DNA from: Clostridia bacterium
GTDB taxonomy: Bacteria; Bacillota; Clostridia; Oscillospirales; Acutalibacteraceae
Direction: 5' to 3'
Assembly: GCA_017517135.1 (NCBI GenBank)
Contig: JAFXAK010000031.1
Location: forward strand, 84,782-148,781
Length of the DNA: 64,000 nucleotides
A program made the position numbers and the translations under genes. Numbering within the stretch: position 1 is the first letter of the stretch; each line of letters opens with the position of its first letter. This document shows positions 48,356 through 57,483 of this stretch, in pieces. The notes beneath the pieces are model-generated. The model was not told where the DNA came from and ran no database searches. It worked only from the letters and a program-made list of their open reading frames with translations.

Positions 48356-49731
48356 TGAAAAAACGAGTTTTAGGCTCCGAGGGACAGCGTAAAAATGTTT
48401 CTCCCGAAATATATAACAAATATGCAAAAACACTCAAAAAAATGGTTGACTGCAAAACCGTTTTTAAGCGTGACGGAGAAAACAACAGCGAATACCAAAA
48501 ATTCTATTCTGTTATTGAAGATAGCTTCCCGAACATAACAAAAACTGCACAGAAGCTCGTTTTCGGCAGCGGATGCTTTGTTTATGTTATAAAGGGCAAG
48601 AATGCAACAAAAAATATAATGCTGATGTCACATCACGATGTTGTTGAGGGTGACGACAAATGGGAAACACCTCCCTTTTGTGCCACCGAAAAGGACGGTG
48701 CACTTTACGGCAGAGGCACTATAGACACAAAAACTCCTCTCTTTGCCGAGCTTCAGGCTTGTGAAGAGCTGCTCGCAGACGGTTATGCTTTTAACGGCAT
48801 AAATGTTTATATAGGCTCGTCAAACAATGAGGAGGTATGCGGTGACGGTATGGTTCTTGCCACCGAATATTTCAAGGAGAACGGCATAAAATTCGATGTT
48901 GTTCTCGACGAGGGCGGTGCTATAACCGAGGGGATGATTCCCGGAGTAAAAGCTAAAAGTGCAATGGTTGCCGTACACGAAAAAAGCCGTCATCTCTACC
49001 GCTGTAAGACCGTCAGAGACACTAAAGGCCACGGCGGACTTAATCCGTCTGATGACTGTGCAATAATCCGTCTGACGAAATTTATAAACGAGGTAAACGG
49101 CAAAAAGATATATAAGGGTAAATTCCAAAGTGAGGTAAAAGGCACATTTGAAACTCACGCACCGTATATGTCTTTCCCATTGAATGTCCTTTTCGGAAAT
49201 CTTACCGTATTCTCCCCTCTTATCAAAAAAATTATGCTCACGATTCCGCAGACAAAGGCAATGCTTGCAACAAGTGTTAACTTTACAAACATCTTCGCAG
49301 GCACAAAGGACGATCCGCAGATAAGAGCTAAACAAGCCGAAACTACAATGTTTCTGCGCTGTATCAGAGAGGACGATTTGCTGATGGGACTTGAAAAAAT
49401 CAAGGAAATTGCAAAGAAATACTCTGTTGAAATTGAAGAAATTGAAAGAGACTACTGCAAGCCCTCATCCTTTGAAAGTAAGCAATACAAGCATCTTGAA
49501 AAAATAATGAACGAAAACTTCCCCGATGTAATAGTGTCTCCGTACCTCCTCACCGCAGGCACAGATGCAAGACACTTTACGGATGTTGCCGATTCAATAC
49601 TCCGCTTTGCACCCATTGACCTTGATAAAAAGCAGTTTGCAACAATCCACAGCGCAAACGAGCATATAAAAATCAAAAATATCGGCGAATGTGTGTGCTT
49701 CTATAAGGATTTTATAACAAAATACAACTGA
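48355..49731 (+). CDS. M20-family metallopeptidase/deacylase
   Basis: MSHHDVV, GRGTIDTK and NNEEVCGDG are M20 metal and catalytic motifs. The start overlaps the transporter stop (TAATG). Confidence 0.85.
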   Translation: MKKRVLGSEGQRKNVSPEIYNKYAKTLKKMVDCKTVFKRDGENNSEYQKFYSVIEDSFPNITKTAQKLVFGSGCFVYVIKGKNATKNIMLMSHHDVVEGDDKWETPPFCATEKDGALYGRGTIDTKTPLFAELQACEELLADGYAFNGINVYIGSSNNEEVCGDGMVLATEYFKENGIKFDVVLDEGGAITEGMIPGVKAKSAMVAVHEKSRHLYRCKTVRDTKGHGGLNPSDDCAIIRLTKFINEVNGKKIYKGKFQSEVKGTFETHAPYMSFPLNVLFGNLTVFSPLIKKIMLTIPQTKAMLATSVNFTNIFAGTKDDPQIRAKQAETTMFLRCIREDDLLMGLEKIKEIAKKYSVEIEEIERDYCKPSSFESKQYKHLEKIMNENFPDVIVSPYLLTAGTDARHFTDVADSILRFAPIDLDKKQFATIHSANEHIKIKNIGECVCFYKDFITKYN

Positions 49732-49741
49732 TCTTCTATGA

Positions 49742-49782
49742 AAAAGCCTCCCTGTATCGTACAAGGAGGCTTTCAGTTTTTT
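49742..49782. terminator. Bidirectional terminator between M20 and Fic genes
   Basis: aaagcctccctgta-tcg-tacaaggaggcttt is followed by cagtttttt. Confidence 0.6.
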
Positions 49783-49794
49783 AATGTTATGAGA

Positions 49795-50847
49795 TTAAAT
49801 ATTCACTTTCCAGAAGCCAAACCGCTTTCCGCCTTCGCGGGAAATGATTTCTTTTTCTTTTAATGAATCGATTATGCGTTTTACTGTTCTTACAGATTTA
49901 TTAATTGCTTGTGCAATCTGTTCCTGTGTTATCTGAGGCTCATTTTTCAAGAGATTTATAACAACAGCTTCTTCCAAAGTGACATCCAAAGTGACATTCG
50001 GCAATTCTTTTTGGCACTTTGGAGCTTGGGTTGTGTACAAAATATGCATATTTCGGTTTTTAAGCTCGTTTTCTTCGCCTAAAAGCAGATTTCTTAAAAA
50101 CAGTTCAAGAAATTCTGTTGTTTCGTGAATACCCTTCTGAATGTTATTATAATTCGCACGCACGAGAGCATTACGGAAATACCATGCATTCTGAGCAAAA
50201 ATATCATTAGTAACATCAAATCCCAGAGTACGCAGATATTTTATAAAAAATACTGCGGTTGCTCTTGTATTGCCTTCGGAAAAAATATGAATCTGCCAAA
50301 GGCGTGAAACAAATTCGGCAAGGTGCTTTATCACCTGTTCTACAGATAATTCCTTGTAGCTGAAAGCTCTTTCCTGCGAAATATCGTAATCAAGAGTTGC
50401 CCTTAAATCCAAAGCACCGCCGTACATAACGGTGTCGCCCTCAAGCACCCATTCCGCTTTTGTTATGTTATAATCTCTGATTTTCCCCGCATGCTTATAA
50501 ATTCCCTCAAATAATCTGGTATGAATAGACATATACTGCGCAGGTGACAACACAAAGGCTTTTTCGGAAAGAAGCTGTGCAATGCGGACAGAAACCTTAT
50601 CTGCTTCCTCTGTTCTGTCGTCGGTATTGTGCTTTATATTTTCCTTGTAGTAGCTGTTAATAAGCTGATGAGCTTCTTCAAATGTAATATCGCCTTCAAT
50701 ATTTTTCTTTGCGGTATCAAGAAGATATTGGCTTGTTTCAAGACCGTCAACAGCCTGCAGACCGATTGCAGTGTGCCACGCATAGCCTTTTTCTTTCTTT
50801 TGAGGCTCTTTTTCTCTCAGATATTCTTCAAAAATATTATCCTTCAT
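49795..50847 (-). CDS. Fic-family protein with C-terminal winged-helix domain
   Basis: The Fic motif region is HIFSEGNTRATA (50254-50289). The C-terminal wHTH reads ITQEQIAQAINKSVRTVKRIIDSLKEKEII. A GGAGG RBS is present. Confidence 0.85.
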   Translation of the reverse strand: MKDNIFEEYLREKEPQKKEKGYAWHTAIGLQAVDGLETSQYLLDTAKKNIEGDITFEEAHQLINSYYKENIKHNTDDRTEEADKVSVRIAQLLSEKAFVLSPAQYMSIHTRLFEGIYKHAGKIRDYNITKAEWVLEGDTVMYGGALDLRATLDYDISQERAFSYKELSVEQVIKHLAEFVSRLWQIHIFSEGNTRATAVFFIKYLRTLGFDVTNDIFAQNAWYFRNALVRANYNNIQKGIHETTEFLELFLRNLLLGEENELKNRNMHILYTTQAPKCQKELPNVTLDVTLEEAVVINLLKNEPQITQEQIAQAINKSVRTVKRIIDSLKEKEIISREGGKRFGFWKVNI

Positions 50848-50924
50848 TTATGCCTCCGCACATTAGTTATTAATAATATTTTACCTTAAAATACGAAAAA
50901 AATCAACCCTGACAAGTCCGACAC

Positions 50925-53012
50925 TTAAATATGCTCTTCCCCGAACTGCTTTATTATGTAGTTGCAGTTGAGTATTTTTTCGGCTAATTGCCCTTTGGAA
51001 AAATAATAATGATTTGCCGCTTCGAAGCCTATGGCGGCATTTTTATTCATAAGTCCGAGCATAGTTTTTGCTGTTTCAAGCTCCTCTCGTGCAATACAAG
51101 CGGCATCATTTTTACGGTTTTCATCCCTTGCACGGATAAAGCGGATCTGATTAAGTGAGGACTTAAAAAGGCAATAGGCTGCCTGTGCCATAACAAGCGT
51201 TTCGTTGTTGGTATCTTTACCGAGCTTTTCAAGTCCCTTTTCCCAGCCCGAGCAGAGCTTTTTGAACTGCTGTTCAAAAATATCGACGGGATAAATTGAA
51301 CGCCAGCTGTCAAGATCATCATACGCGAAGCAGGTCATTGTAGCCTTATAGCCCGTGGGCTTTTCAAAAAGGAGATTTGCAGGGCCTGCATTCTGCGGTC
51401 CCCTGTAAAGCACCTCTATATTGAACGGAAATTCCCTGAAGGCTTCGGCGAAATCGTGCTGTGCTAAAAGAGAATTGTCGGCTGAACCCTCAATTTTGCA
51501 ATGCTCATAAAAATATTTTGCCGCATAAGCTATATTCATACCGGGATATCCGCCCAAAGTCCAGCTTAAAAGCAGATGCCGTACATTTTCATTTTTCAGG
51601 TTTTCAATATGTCTTTGAACTGTTGGTGCAACGGGCAAGGCGGGGACGGTTGATGCTTCCCAGGTGGTGTTTATCTGCACCTTTGCAGCCGTTTCAAGAC
51701 CGCACTCATTTGCAATCCGCCATTCATTTTTTGCGTGTTCCCCGGGGCCTGTAATACTCATAGAATAGTCTACTACCCTATCCTCAACACCGCCTATGTT
51801 AAACGGAATATGCAATTCACTCTGACTTAAAAGAATTACATCCTCGGGCAGCATACGGATTATTTTTTCTGCGGACTCATTCCAGCCCCAGCTCCACACG
51901 AAAAATTTAATCCGGCTGTCAACGCTGTGTGCACCGCTTACCATACATTTTATTGTTTCACTTATAACCTCTTCAACCGTTTTGTTTTTACATCTCGGGC
52001 AGTTGCAGTAAACACCGTTTTCGCCCGAATGTGAATGACAGTTTGTGGGATTTTCGGAACGGGTAATAGTGAAAAATCCGCCGATTTCAGGGACAGCCCT
52101 ACAGATTGCGGCAATTGAGTTTTTCAGATATTTCTGTACCTCTTCTGTTGATGTACAAAGACAGGCATTTCCATCCCACGGGATATGTCCTTTCAGGTTC
52201 GGATAGCTTTCAAAAAATTCCTCGGGCATAAAACGGGGCTCGTTTATATAAAGATAGAGCTTTATAGAATACCTTGAAAGCCTTTCGGCAAATTTTTTCA
52301 TCCTTTCAAGACGCTTTTCATATCCCTTTGAAATTTCAGGTGCGAACTCAAATTCAGTCAACTGTGATAACACACCCTGTGTCCATATTCCGTTGATACC
52401 GAGCTTTTTGTATGCCTCTAAAAGCTCGTCGGAGCAGTATTCCTCGCTGTCAACATCAAAAGCATTCTGATAAAGCCCTGAAAACAGATATATCATTCTC
52501 GTTTCAAAAACAGCTTCACCCTCAAAGCTGAGTTCAGGCACATTGTAGCTGAATTCAAAGGGTTGCACACCCGAAAAATCAAGTTTTTCAATGTCTTTTT
52601 TTATCTGAGCTGTTTTTTCCGCTTCTTCTGCTGTCAGCTCACGCCACTCAACTATTTCACATTCGGGCTTGTCGGACAGCTTTATATCAAGAAAATCCTC
52701 CTGTCTTAAAACAAAGGCAAATGTGTCCTCATCCATATCAAGAAGCGCTAAAAGCTGTTCAAAGGGAAGAATATGCCACATTCTTTTAATAATTGTGATG
52801 TAGCCGTTTTTTATCCACTTTTCTCTCTGCGGGAAATCGGGCAGACCTAATTCCCCGGCAGCACGGATGATATTTTCAGGTGTTGTGCCGAGAATATCTG
52901 CTATTTTTTCGGGCGGGAAATATTCATACGCTCTGAAAATAAAAGCCTGATGAGCTGTCGGGAAATGCGGCAGCTCTATTGCTTTTTTGCCGATTTTAGG
53001 AAGCTCAAACAT
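50925..53012 (-). CDS. Hypothetical 695-aa protein (HTH-like N-terminus, TIM-barrel-like middle, helical C-terminus)
   Basis: It is a long, clean ORF with an RBS. The N-terminus (EKIADILGTTPENIIRAAGELGL) looks HTH-like. The central region (NGIWTQGV, KLYLYINEPR) looks glycosidase-like. The function is not assignable. Confidence 0.6.
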   Translation of the reverse strand: MFELPKIGKKAIELPHFPTAHQAFIFRAYEYFPPEKIADILGTTPENIIRAAGELGLPDFPQREKWIKNGYITIIKRMWHILPFEQLLALLDMDEDTFAFVLRQEDFLDIKLSDKPECEIVEWRELTAEEAEKTAQIKKDIEKLDFSGVQPFEFSYNVPELSFEGEAVFETRMIYLFSGLYQNAFDVDSEEYCSDELLEAYKKLGINGIWTQGVLSQLTEFEFAPEISKGYEKRLERMKKFAERLSRYSIKLYLYINEPRFMPEEFFESYPNLKGHIPWDGNACLCTSTEEVQKYLKNSIAAICRAVPEIGGFFTITRSENPTNCHSHSGENGVYCNCPRCKNKTVEEVISETIKCMVSGAHSVDSRIKFFVWSWGWNESAEKIIRMLPEDVILLSQSELHIPFNIGGVEDRVVDYSMSITGPGEHAKNEWRIANECGLETAAKVQINTTWEASTVPALPVAPTVQRHIENLKNENVRHLLLSWTLGGYPGMNIAYAAKYFYEHCKIEGSADNSLLAQHDFAEAFREFPFNIEVLYRGPQNAGPANLLFEKPTGYKATMTCFAYDDLDSWRSIYPVDIFEQQFKKLCSGWEKGLEKLGKDTNNETLVMAQAAYCLFKSSLNQIRFIRARDENRKNDAACIAREELETAKTMLGLMNKNAAIGFEAANHYYFSKGQLAEKILNCNYIIKQFGEEHI

Positions 53013-53123
53013 CTTTCCTTACCCTCTTTCAAAATCCAAGTTATATTCTGAAATTAATTTAGCATAATATCAGCACAATGTAAAGATTTCCTACAAAATA
53101 CTTTCTGCACCCTACACAAACGC

Positions 53124-53176
53124 AAAAGTGCAAATTTTGCACTTTTAATATTTACAAGGTGCAAATTTTACACTTT
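53124..53176. promoter_or_regulatory. Two copies of a GTGCAAATTTTRCAC operator-like palindrome upstream of the 695-aa gene
   Basis: aaaagtgcaaattttgcactttt (53124-53146) has 10-bp inverted arms. A second, degenerate copy, ggtgcaaattttacacttt, lies at 53158-53176. Confidence 0.35.
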
Positions 53177-53195
53177 AATTACTCAAAAAATATTA

Positions 53196-53233
53196 AGGGG
53201 ACAGATTGTACTTGTTTTAATCAATCTGTTCCC
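53196..53233 (-). terminator. Terminator after the lipoprotein gene
   Basis: The arms ggggacagattg (53197-53208) and caatctgttccc (53222-53233) are followed by a U-rich tail on the minus strand. Confidence 0.55.
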
Positions 53234-53246
53234 TGTTATTTTATAC

Positions 53247-54203
53247 TTACGGATTAAATCCGCCGTTTACTACGATTTTGTTATTGAGCACAACTACAGT
53301 ACTGTCAACTGCGGAGCCTGCGAATTTGTAGTCGGAAAGGCTTATTTCAACGGTACAGCTCCATGTACCCTTAACTATATTTGAGTTATCGTCTATAAGC
53401 ACCTTTATTACAGGATTTGTGTATGTAAGAACGGTGTTTTCAAGCGAAATATCAATCGGAAGTCCCTTTTCCTTGAGCTGTGACATAATGGAAGGTAAAT
53501 CTCCTACAACAGAAATTCCGTGTGCAACGCTGCCGTCTCTCGTCTGAGAAGCCGCGCTGTCGGTCTGCGAGTTCAGAGTGATTTCAACCGCTGTTCCGTT
53601 TTCTGCTTCGTATGCCTTGGCAGAGCTTACATCAGCTGCGGTGAGAAGAGAGAAATCCCCGGTTATACCGTCAGTTTCTGTAACGCTCGAGGACAAGAAA
53701 GAAGAGAGTATCGGTGTTACAAAGCTGAACATTCCGCCTAACTGACCGTTATTTACCGAAATATCCTTAAGCTCAACCGTCTGCTGAGATTTTACGGATG
53801 TACCCGTCCTCTGAGCGGCATTTTTATAAAATTCAACCACTTTCTGAACATCCCACGAAGAGACATCTTCTGTCACGGCTTCGGTAGTCTGCACCTCAGT
53901 AACAGGCGGTGCTTGTGTCGGTGCTTCGGTTGTCTCAATTACCTGTGTTGTTGTTTCTGTGGCAGTCGTCTCCTGAGTAACAGTAGTTGTTTCTGTTACG
54001 GGAGCGGTTGTCTGAATTTCAGTTGTTGTCTGTGCTTCAGTCGCAGCCTCGGTAGTTGTTTCCTGTGTCTGAATATCCTCGGCAGTTGTAGTTTCAACCT
54101 GAGCAAATGCATCTGTTGTTTCGTCAACTACCGTGTCCTTACAGGATGAAAGAACAAATAAAACTGCAAAAACCGTCACAAGAGAAACAAGCTTTCGTAA
54201 CAT
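53247..54203 (-). CDS. Lipoprotein with T/E/Q-rich linker, function unknown
   Basis: The ATG at 54203 follows GGAGA. The lipobox reads MLRKLVSLVTVFAVLFVLSSC, and the linker is TTTAEDIQTQETTTEAATEAQTTTEIQTT.... Confidence 0.7.
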   Translation of the reverse strand: MLRKLVSLVTVFAVLFVLSSCKDTVVDETTDAFAQVETTTAEDIQTQETTTEAATEAQTTTEIQTTAPVTETTTVTQETTATETTTQVIETTEAPTQAPPVTEVQTTEAVTEDVSSWDVQKVVEFYKNAAQRTGTSVKSQQTVELKDISVNNGQLGGMFSFVTPILSSFLSSSVTETDGITGDFSLLTAADVSSAKAYEAENGTAVEITLNSQTDSAASQTRDGSVAHGISVVGDLPSIMSQLKEKGLPIDISLENTVLTYTNPVIKVLIDDNSNIVKGTWSCTVEISLSDYKFAGSAVDSTVVVLNNKIVVNGGFNP

Positions 54204-54231
54204 AAAATCAATCTCCAATACAAATTAGTTT

Positions 54232-54996
54232 TTATGCAAGTGATTTGCCTTCCCATTCCTCGTCGGGCTCGGTGCCGAGAAGTGTTGCAATAGTGGGGGC
54301 AATATCCATAATATTTACATTTTCAAGCACCTTACCCTTTGGGAAGCCCTTGCCGTTTATGATAACGGGGATAAGCATATCCTCGGGCATTTCGCTGCCG
54401 TGAGTTCTGTCGTGTCCGCCGTGGTCGGCTGTGATGATATATGTGTACTCGTCACCTAATTCAGCCATAATTTTTTCGATATTATCCCAACAGTTGTGCA
54501 TTGCGGACATATATTCTTGAGTCATCCAACCGTATTTATGACCTGCCCAGTCGGTGTAGCCGAAATAAAGGAAGGTAAAATCAGGCTCATACTCCTTTGC
54601 ATAGGTGATAAGCTCCCGGGTGAGCTTTTCGCCTGCTTCAAGATAGCCTATCCTTCTGCCCGCATAAAAGCAAGCGTGGGCAAGGGAATTCGGACGGGAC
54701 ACATCGCGGATTTCCTCCCAGTTGTAAAACAGGGCACATTTTTTATCAGCCTGCTTCAAGACCTCGCAAAGCCCGTTTATAGGTCTTACCTGAGGCATAT
54801 ATGTGTTGGTTGTTGTGCCGTGACGCTCGGGTGTTACGCTGTGGAAAAGAGAAATGTGGCAAGGAAGCGTAACAGACGGAAAAACAGTCTCGGCATCCAT
54901 TGTATAGGTGGATTTTCTGATAATTTTCTGAGCTTTTTCTATGTTTGTCAATGAATCGGGACGCATACCGTCAACAAGAATCAGAATGTTTTTCAT
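54232..54996 (-). CDS. Alkaline-phosphatase-superfamily enzyme (nucleotide pyrophosphatase/phosphodiesterase-like)
   Basis: MKNILILVDGMRPD...FPSVTLPCH...GYTDWAGHKYG...ITADHGGHD is a typical metal-ligand pattern. The ATG at 54996 follows AAAGGAG. Confidence 0.8.
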   Translation of the reverse strand: MKNILILVDGMRPDSLTNIEKAQKIIRKSTYTMDAETVFPSVTLPCHISLFHSVTPERHGTTTNTYMPQVRPINGLCEVLKQADKKCALFYNWEEIRDVSRPNSLAHACFYAGRRIGYLEAGEKLTRELITYAKEYEPDFTFLYFGYTDWAGHKYGWMTQEYMSAMHNCWDNIEKIMAELGDEYTYIITADHGGHDRTHGSEMPEDMLIPVIINGKGFPKGKVLENVNIMDIAPTIATLLGTEPDEEWEGKSLA

Positions 54997-55104
54997 ACTC
55001 AACACTCCTTTATACGGATATGATATCAAATATTCCCCTTCAAATCAACACAAAAAAGAGGTTGTAAAGCTTCGTTTTTTTTGCTTACATATATAGCCAA
55101 GCCG

Positions 55105-55833
55105 TCAGGCGTTGAAATCCTCTAAAAAGACCTCAACGGAGCGCGTCATTTCACGGGAGAAATCGGAATTGTATTTTCTGTCGCAAAATGCCTTTAACCA
55201 TTCCTCAAAGCCCTTTATACCCGCCTTATAAGCAAGCATTTCCTTCAATTCCTCTTTATCCATATCGCGGTAAGCATTTTCATGTACAATATGCTTCATT
55301 TCACAGCGCTCAGGCTTTTTGCGCTCAAGCTGTCCTGCGGTCGGGTAGCCGAAAACAAGCATAGCCGCGGGGAATACATATTCGGGCAAGGAAAGCAATT
55401 CTCTCTGCGTTTCGGCATTTTCCATAATATCCCCTATATAGCAAGAGCCGATCCCGAGGCTTTGTGCGGCAACAACTGCATTCTGTGCGGCAATATTAGC
55501 ATCGCTCACAGCTAACAGCAAGTCTCCCGCACCCGGTTTTCTCGGCTCACAGGAATACTCAAGAAAGGCATTATACCACTTACGGCAATCGGCACAGAAA
55601 ATAAGCACAAGAGGGGCTGTGGCAATAAAGGGCTGATTATCACAGCTTTCAGCCAGCTTCTCTTTAAGCTCTTTGTCCGTTACATTGATAATGGTGTAAA
55701 GCTGCTGATTGCCTGCCGTGGGGGCATTTACTGCCGCCTCTAAAATAACAGACACCTCTTCAGGTGTAATCTGCCTGTCCGTAAAAACACGGACGGATTT
55801 TCTTTCCTTTAACTGTTCAATTACCTGATTCAT
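55105..55833 (-). CDS. Nitroreductase-family flavoprotein
   Basis: LKERKSVRVFTDRQIT...AVNAPTAGNQQ matches the family. Confidence 0.87.
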   Translation of the reverse strand: MNQVIEQLKERKSVRVFTDRQITPEEVSVILEAAVNAPTAGNQQLYTIINVTDKELKEKLAESCDNQPFIATAPLVLIFCADCRKWYNAFLEYSCEPRKPGAGDLLLAVSDANIAAQNAVVAAQSLGIGSCYIGDIMENAETQRELLSLPEYVFPAAMLVFGYPTAGQLERKKPERCEMKHIVHENAYRDMDKEELKEMLAYKAGIKGFEEWLKAFCDRKYNSDFSREMTRSVEVFLEDFNA

Positions 55834-56000
55834 AGCTTTTCACCTCGTCACAATTATAGTTTTATTATAACTGCTGCTGCAGCTTTGCACAACTTATTTT
55901 TTCTTACATTATTAAAAAATTATCGAAACATCAATTGACACAGCGAAATGATGTGATACAATATAAATCAGGTCGAAAAAGAAAATAAAAGAGGATTAAA

Positions 56001-57404
56001 ATGAAAAACTATGTAAAAAAAGCACTTACGCTGCTGCTTGTATTCGTGCTGTCTTTTCAGGCAATATATCCTTCACTTGCAAAGGATGTACCTGTAACAA
56101 AAGAAAGCACAACAGAAATACAGCAGACAACCGAAAAGCAAACTGAAAAAGAAACTGAAAAAGAGACTGAAAAAGAGACTGAAAAAGAGACTGAAAAAGA
56201 GGCCGAGAGTACAACAGAAGCCGAGTCAACAACCGAAGCCTTTGTTTTTGACGAAGCAAAAATGGGAGATGTTGACGGTGACGGGCTTGTTACATCCTCG
56301 GATGCAAGAATACTGCTGCGCGTGGCAGTAAAGCTTGAAACACTCAAAGAAGATGTAAAAATTTACGGTGACTTTGACAAAAACGGGAAAATAACCTCAG
56401 ATGATGCAAGAACTGCCCTCAGAATTGCAGTAAAGCTTGACAATGTACAGTGCATACTCCACGGACATAAAACAAAGCCCGTAAAAATTGCCCCCACCTG
56501 TACCGAAAAGGGCTATACCGTGCAGAAATGTCAGAGATGCTCGTATCAGAGTGAAACAAAAACAGATATCACAAAGGCCACAGGCCATAAGTTAGTTGAA
56601 AAAACAACCAAAGCTACCTGCACCGAAGACGGTATTTACACATCAGTCTGTTCTGTATGCTCCTATGTTGCAAAGGAAAAGGTAGCCGAGAAGGCTACGG
56701 GACACAGCTTCGGTGTGTGGGTGCTTGGGGACAAAACAAAAACCAGAACCTGCAAAAACTGCGGTTATAAGGAAACTGCAAAGAATGTCAAAACGATATA
56801 TCTCACCTTTGACGACGGCCCCGGTCCCTACACCGAAAGGCTTCTGAAATATCTGAAACAATATGATGTGAAAGCAACCTTCTTTGTAACTAACCAAAGT
56901 CCGAAATACAAATATGTACTTAAAGAAATTGTAAAGGACGGACACGCTATAGGTGTTCATACAAAAACACATGAATGGTCGATATATTCAAGCAGAAAAA
57001 GCTATCTCAAGGACTTTAATGCAATGCATAAAATAATCCTCGACGAAACGGGAGTTGACACAAAAATTTTCCGTTTCCCCGGCGGCACGAACAATACCGT
57101 CAGCCGTAAATATTCAAGAGGAATTATGAAAGACCTTGCAAGCTATATGACAAAGCAGGGCTACATCTATTTCGACTGGAACATTGACTGCGGCGACACT
57201 TCGGGCTACAGCTCCTCAAAAATTGCACAGACAACAATAAATCAGATAAAGAAAAGACACACCTCGGTTGTGCTTATGCATGACCTTAAAAGAAACACGG
57301 TTGAAGCTGTTAAAACAATAATAGAATACGGGCTTAAAAACGGCTACGAATTCGCAGTTATAGACGAATCCACCCCGAGAGTACAGTTTAAACCCGTGAA
57401 CTGA
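56001..57404 (+). CDS. Secreted dockerin-containing polysaccharide deacetylase (CE4/NodB) with Cys-repeat spacer
   Basis: A signal peptide is followed by two dockerin Ca-binding repeats (GDVDGDGLVTSSDARILLRVAV and GDFDKNGKITSDDARTALRIAV). Three C-x-rich repeats follow. The NodB domain comes last (YLTFDDGPGPYT, ATFFV, GHAIGVHTKTH, FRFPGG, VVLMHD). Confidence 0.85.
   Translation: MKNYVKKALTLLLVFVLSFQAIYPSLAKDVPVTKESTTEIQQTTEKQTEKETEKETEKETEKETEKEAESTTEAESTTEAFVFDEAKMGDVDGDGLVTSSDARILLRVAVKLETLKEDVKIYGDFDKNGKITSDDARTALRIAVKLDNVQCILHGHKTKPVKIAPTCTEKGYTVQKCQRCSYQSETKTDITKATGHKLVEKTTKATCTEDGIYTSVCSVCSYVAKEKVAEKATGHSFGVWVLGDKTKTRTCKNCGYKETAKNVKTIYLTFDDGPGPYTERLLKYLKQYDVKATFFVTNQSPKYKYVLKEIVKDGHAIGVHTKTHEWSIYSSRKSYLKDFNAMHKIILDETGVDTKIFRFPGGTNNTVSRKYSRGIMKDLASYMTKQGYIYFDWNIDCGDTSGYSSSKIAQTTINQIKKRHTSVVLMHDLKRNTVEAVKTIIEYGLKNGYEFAVIDESTPRVQFKPVN
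56142..56237 (+). repeat. In-frame tandem repeats: 5 x 12 nt (TEKE) then 2 x 18 nt (AESTTE)
   Basis: actgaaaaagag-type units run from 56142 to 56201, and gccgag(t/a)(c/g)aacaacngaa occurs twice at 56202-56237. Confidence 0.85.
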
Positions 57405-57428
57405 TAAAAAAAACAAACAGAAAAATCA

Positions 57429-57475
57429 ATCCCCCTTACGGACTGTCAGTTGTCCGTAAGGGGATTTGTTGATTG
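57429..57475. terminator. Bidirectional terminator between convergent genes
   Basis: The arms are atcccccttacggac (57429-57443) and gtccgtaaggggat (57452-57465), followed by a T-rich tail. Confidence 0.65.
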
Positions 57476-57483
57476 TTGATATT

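Noticed and set aside
48820-49335. A 171-aa minus-strand ORF inside the M20 peptidase gene.
   Set aside because: It is antisense to a gene with clear M20 motifs and has no RBS or family resemblance.
56142-56237. Short tandem repeats that could superficially suggest a repeat array or CRISPR.
   Set aside because: The units are only 12-18 nt, are contiguous without spacers, and lie in frame inside a CDS, where they encode TEKE/AESTTE. This is a coding low-complexity repeat.
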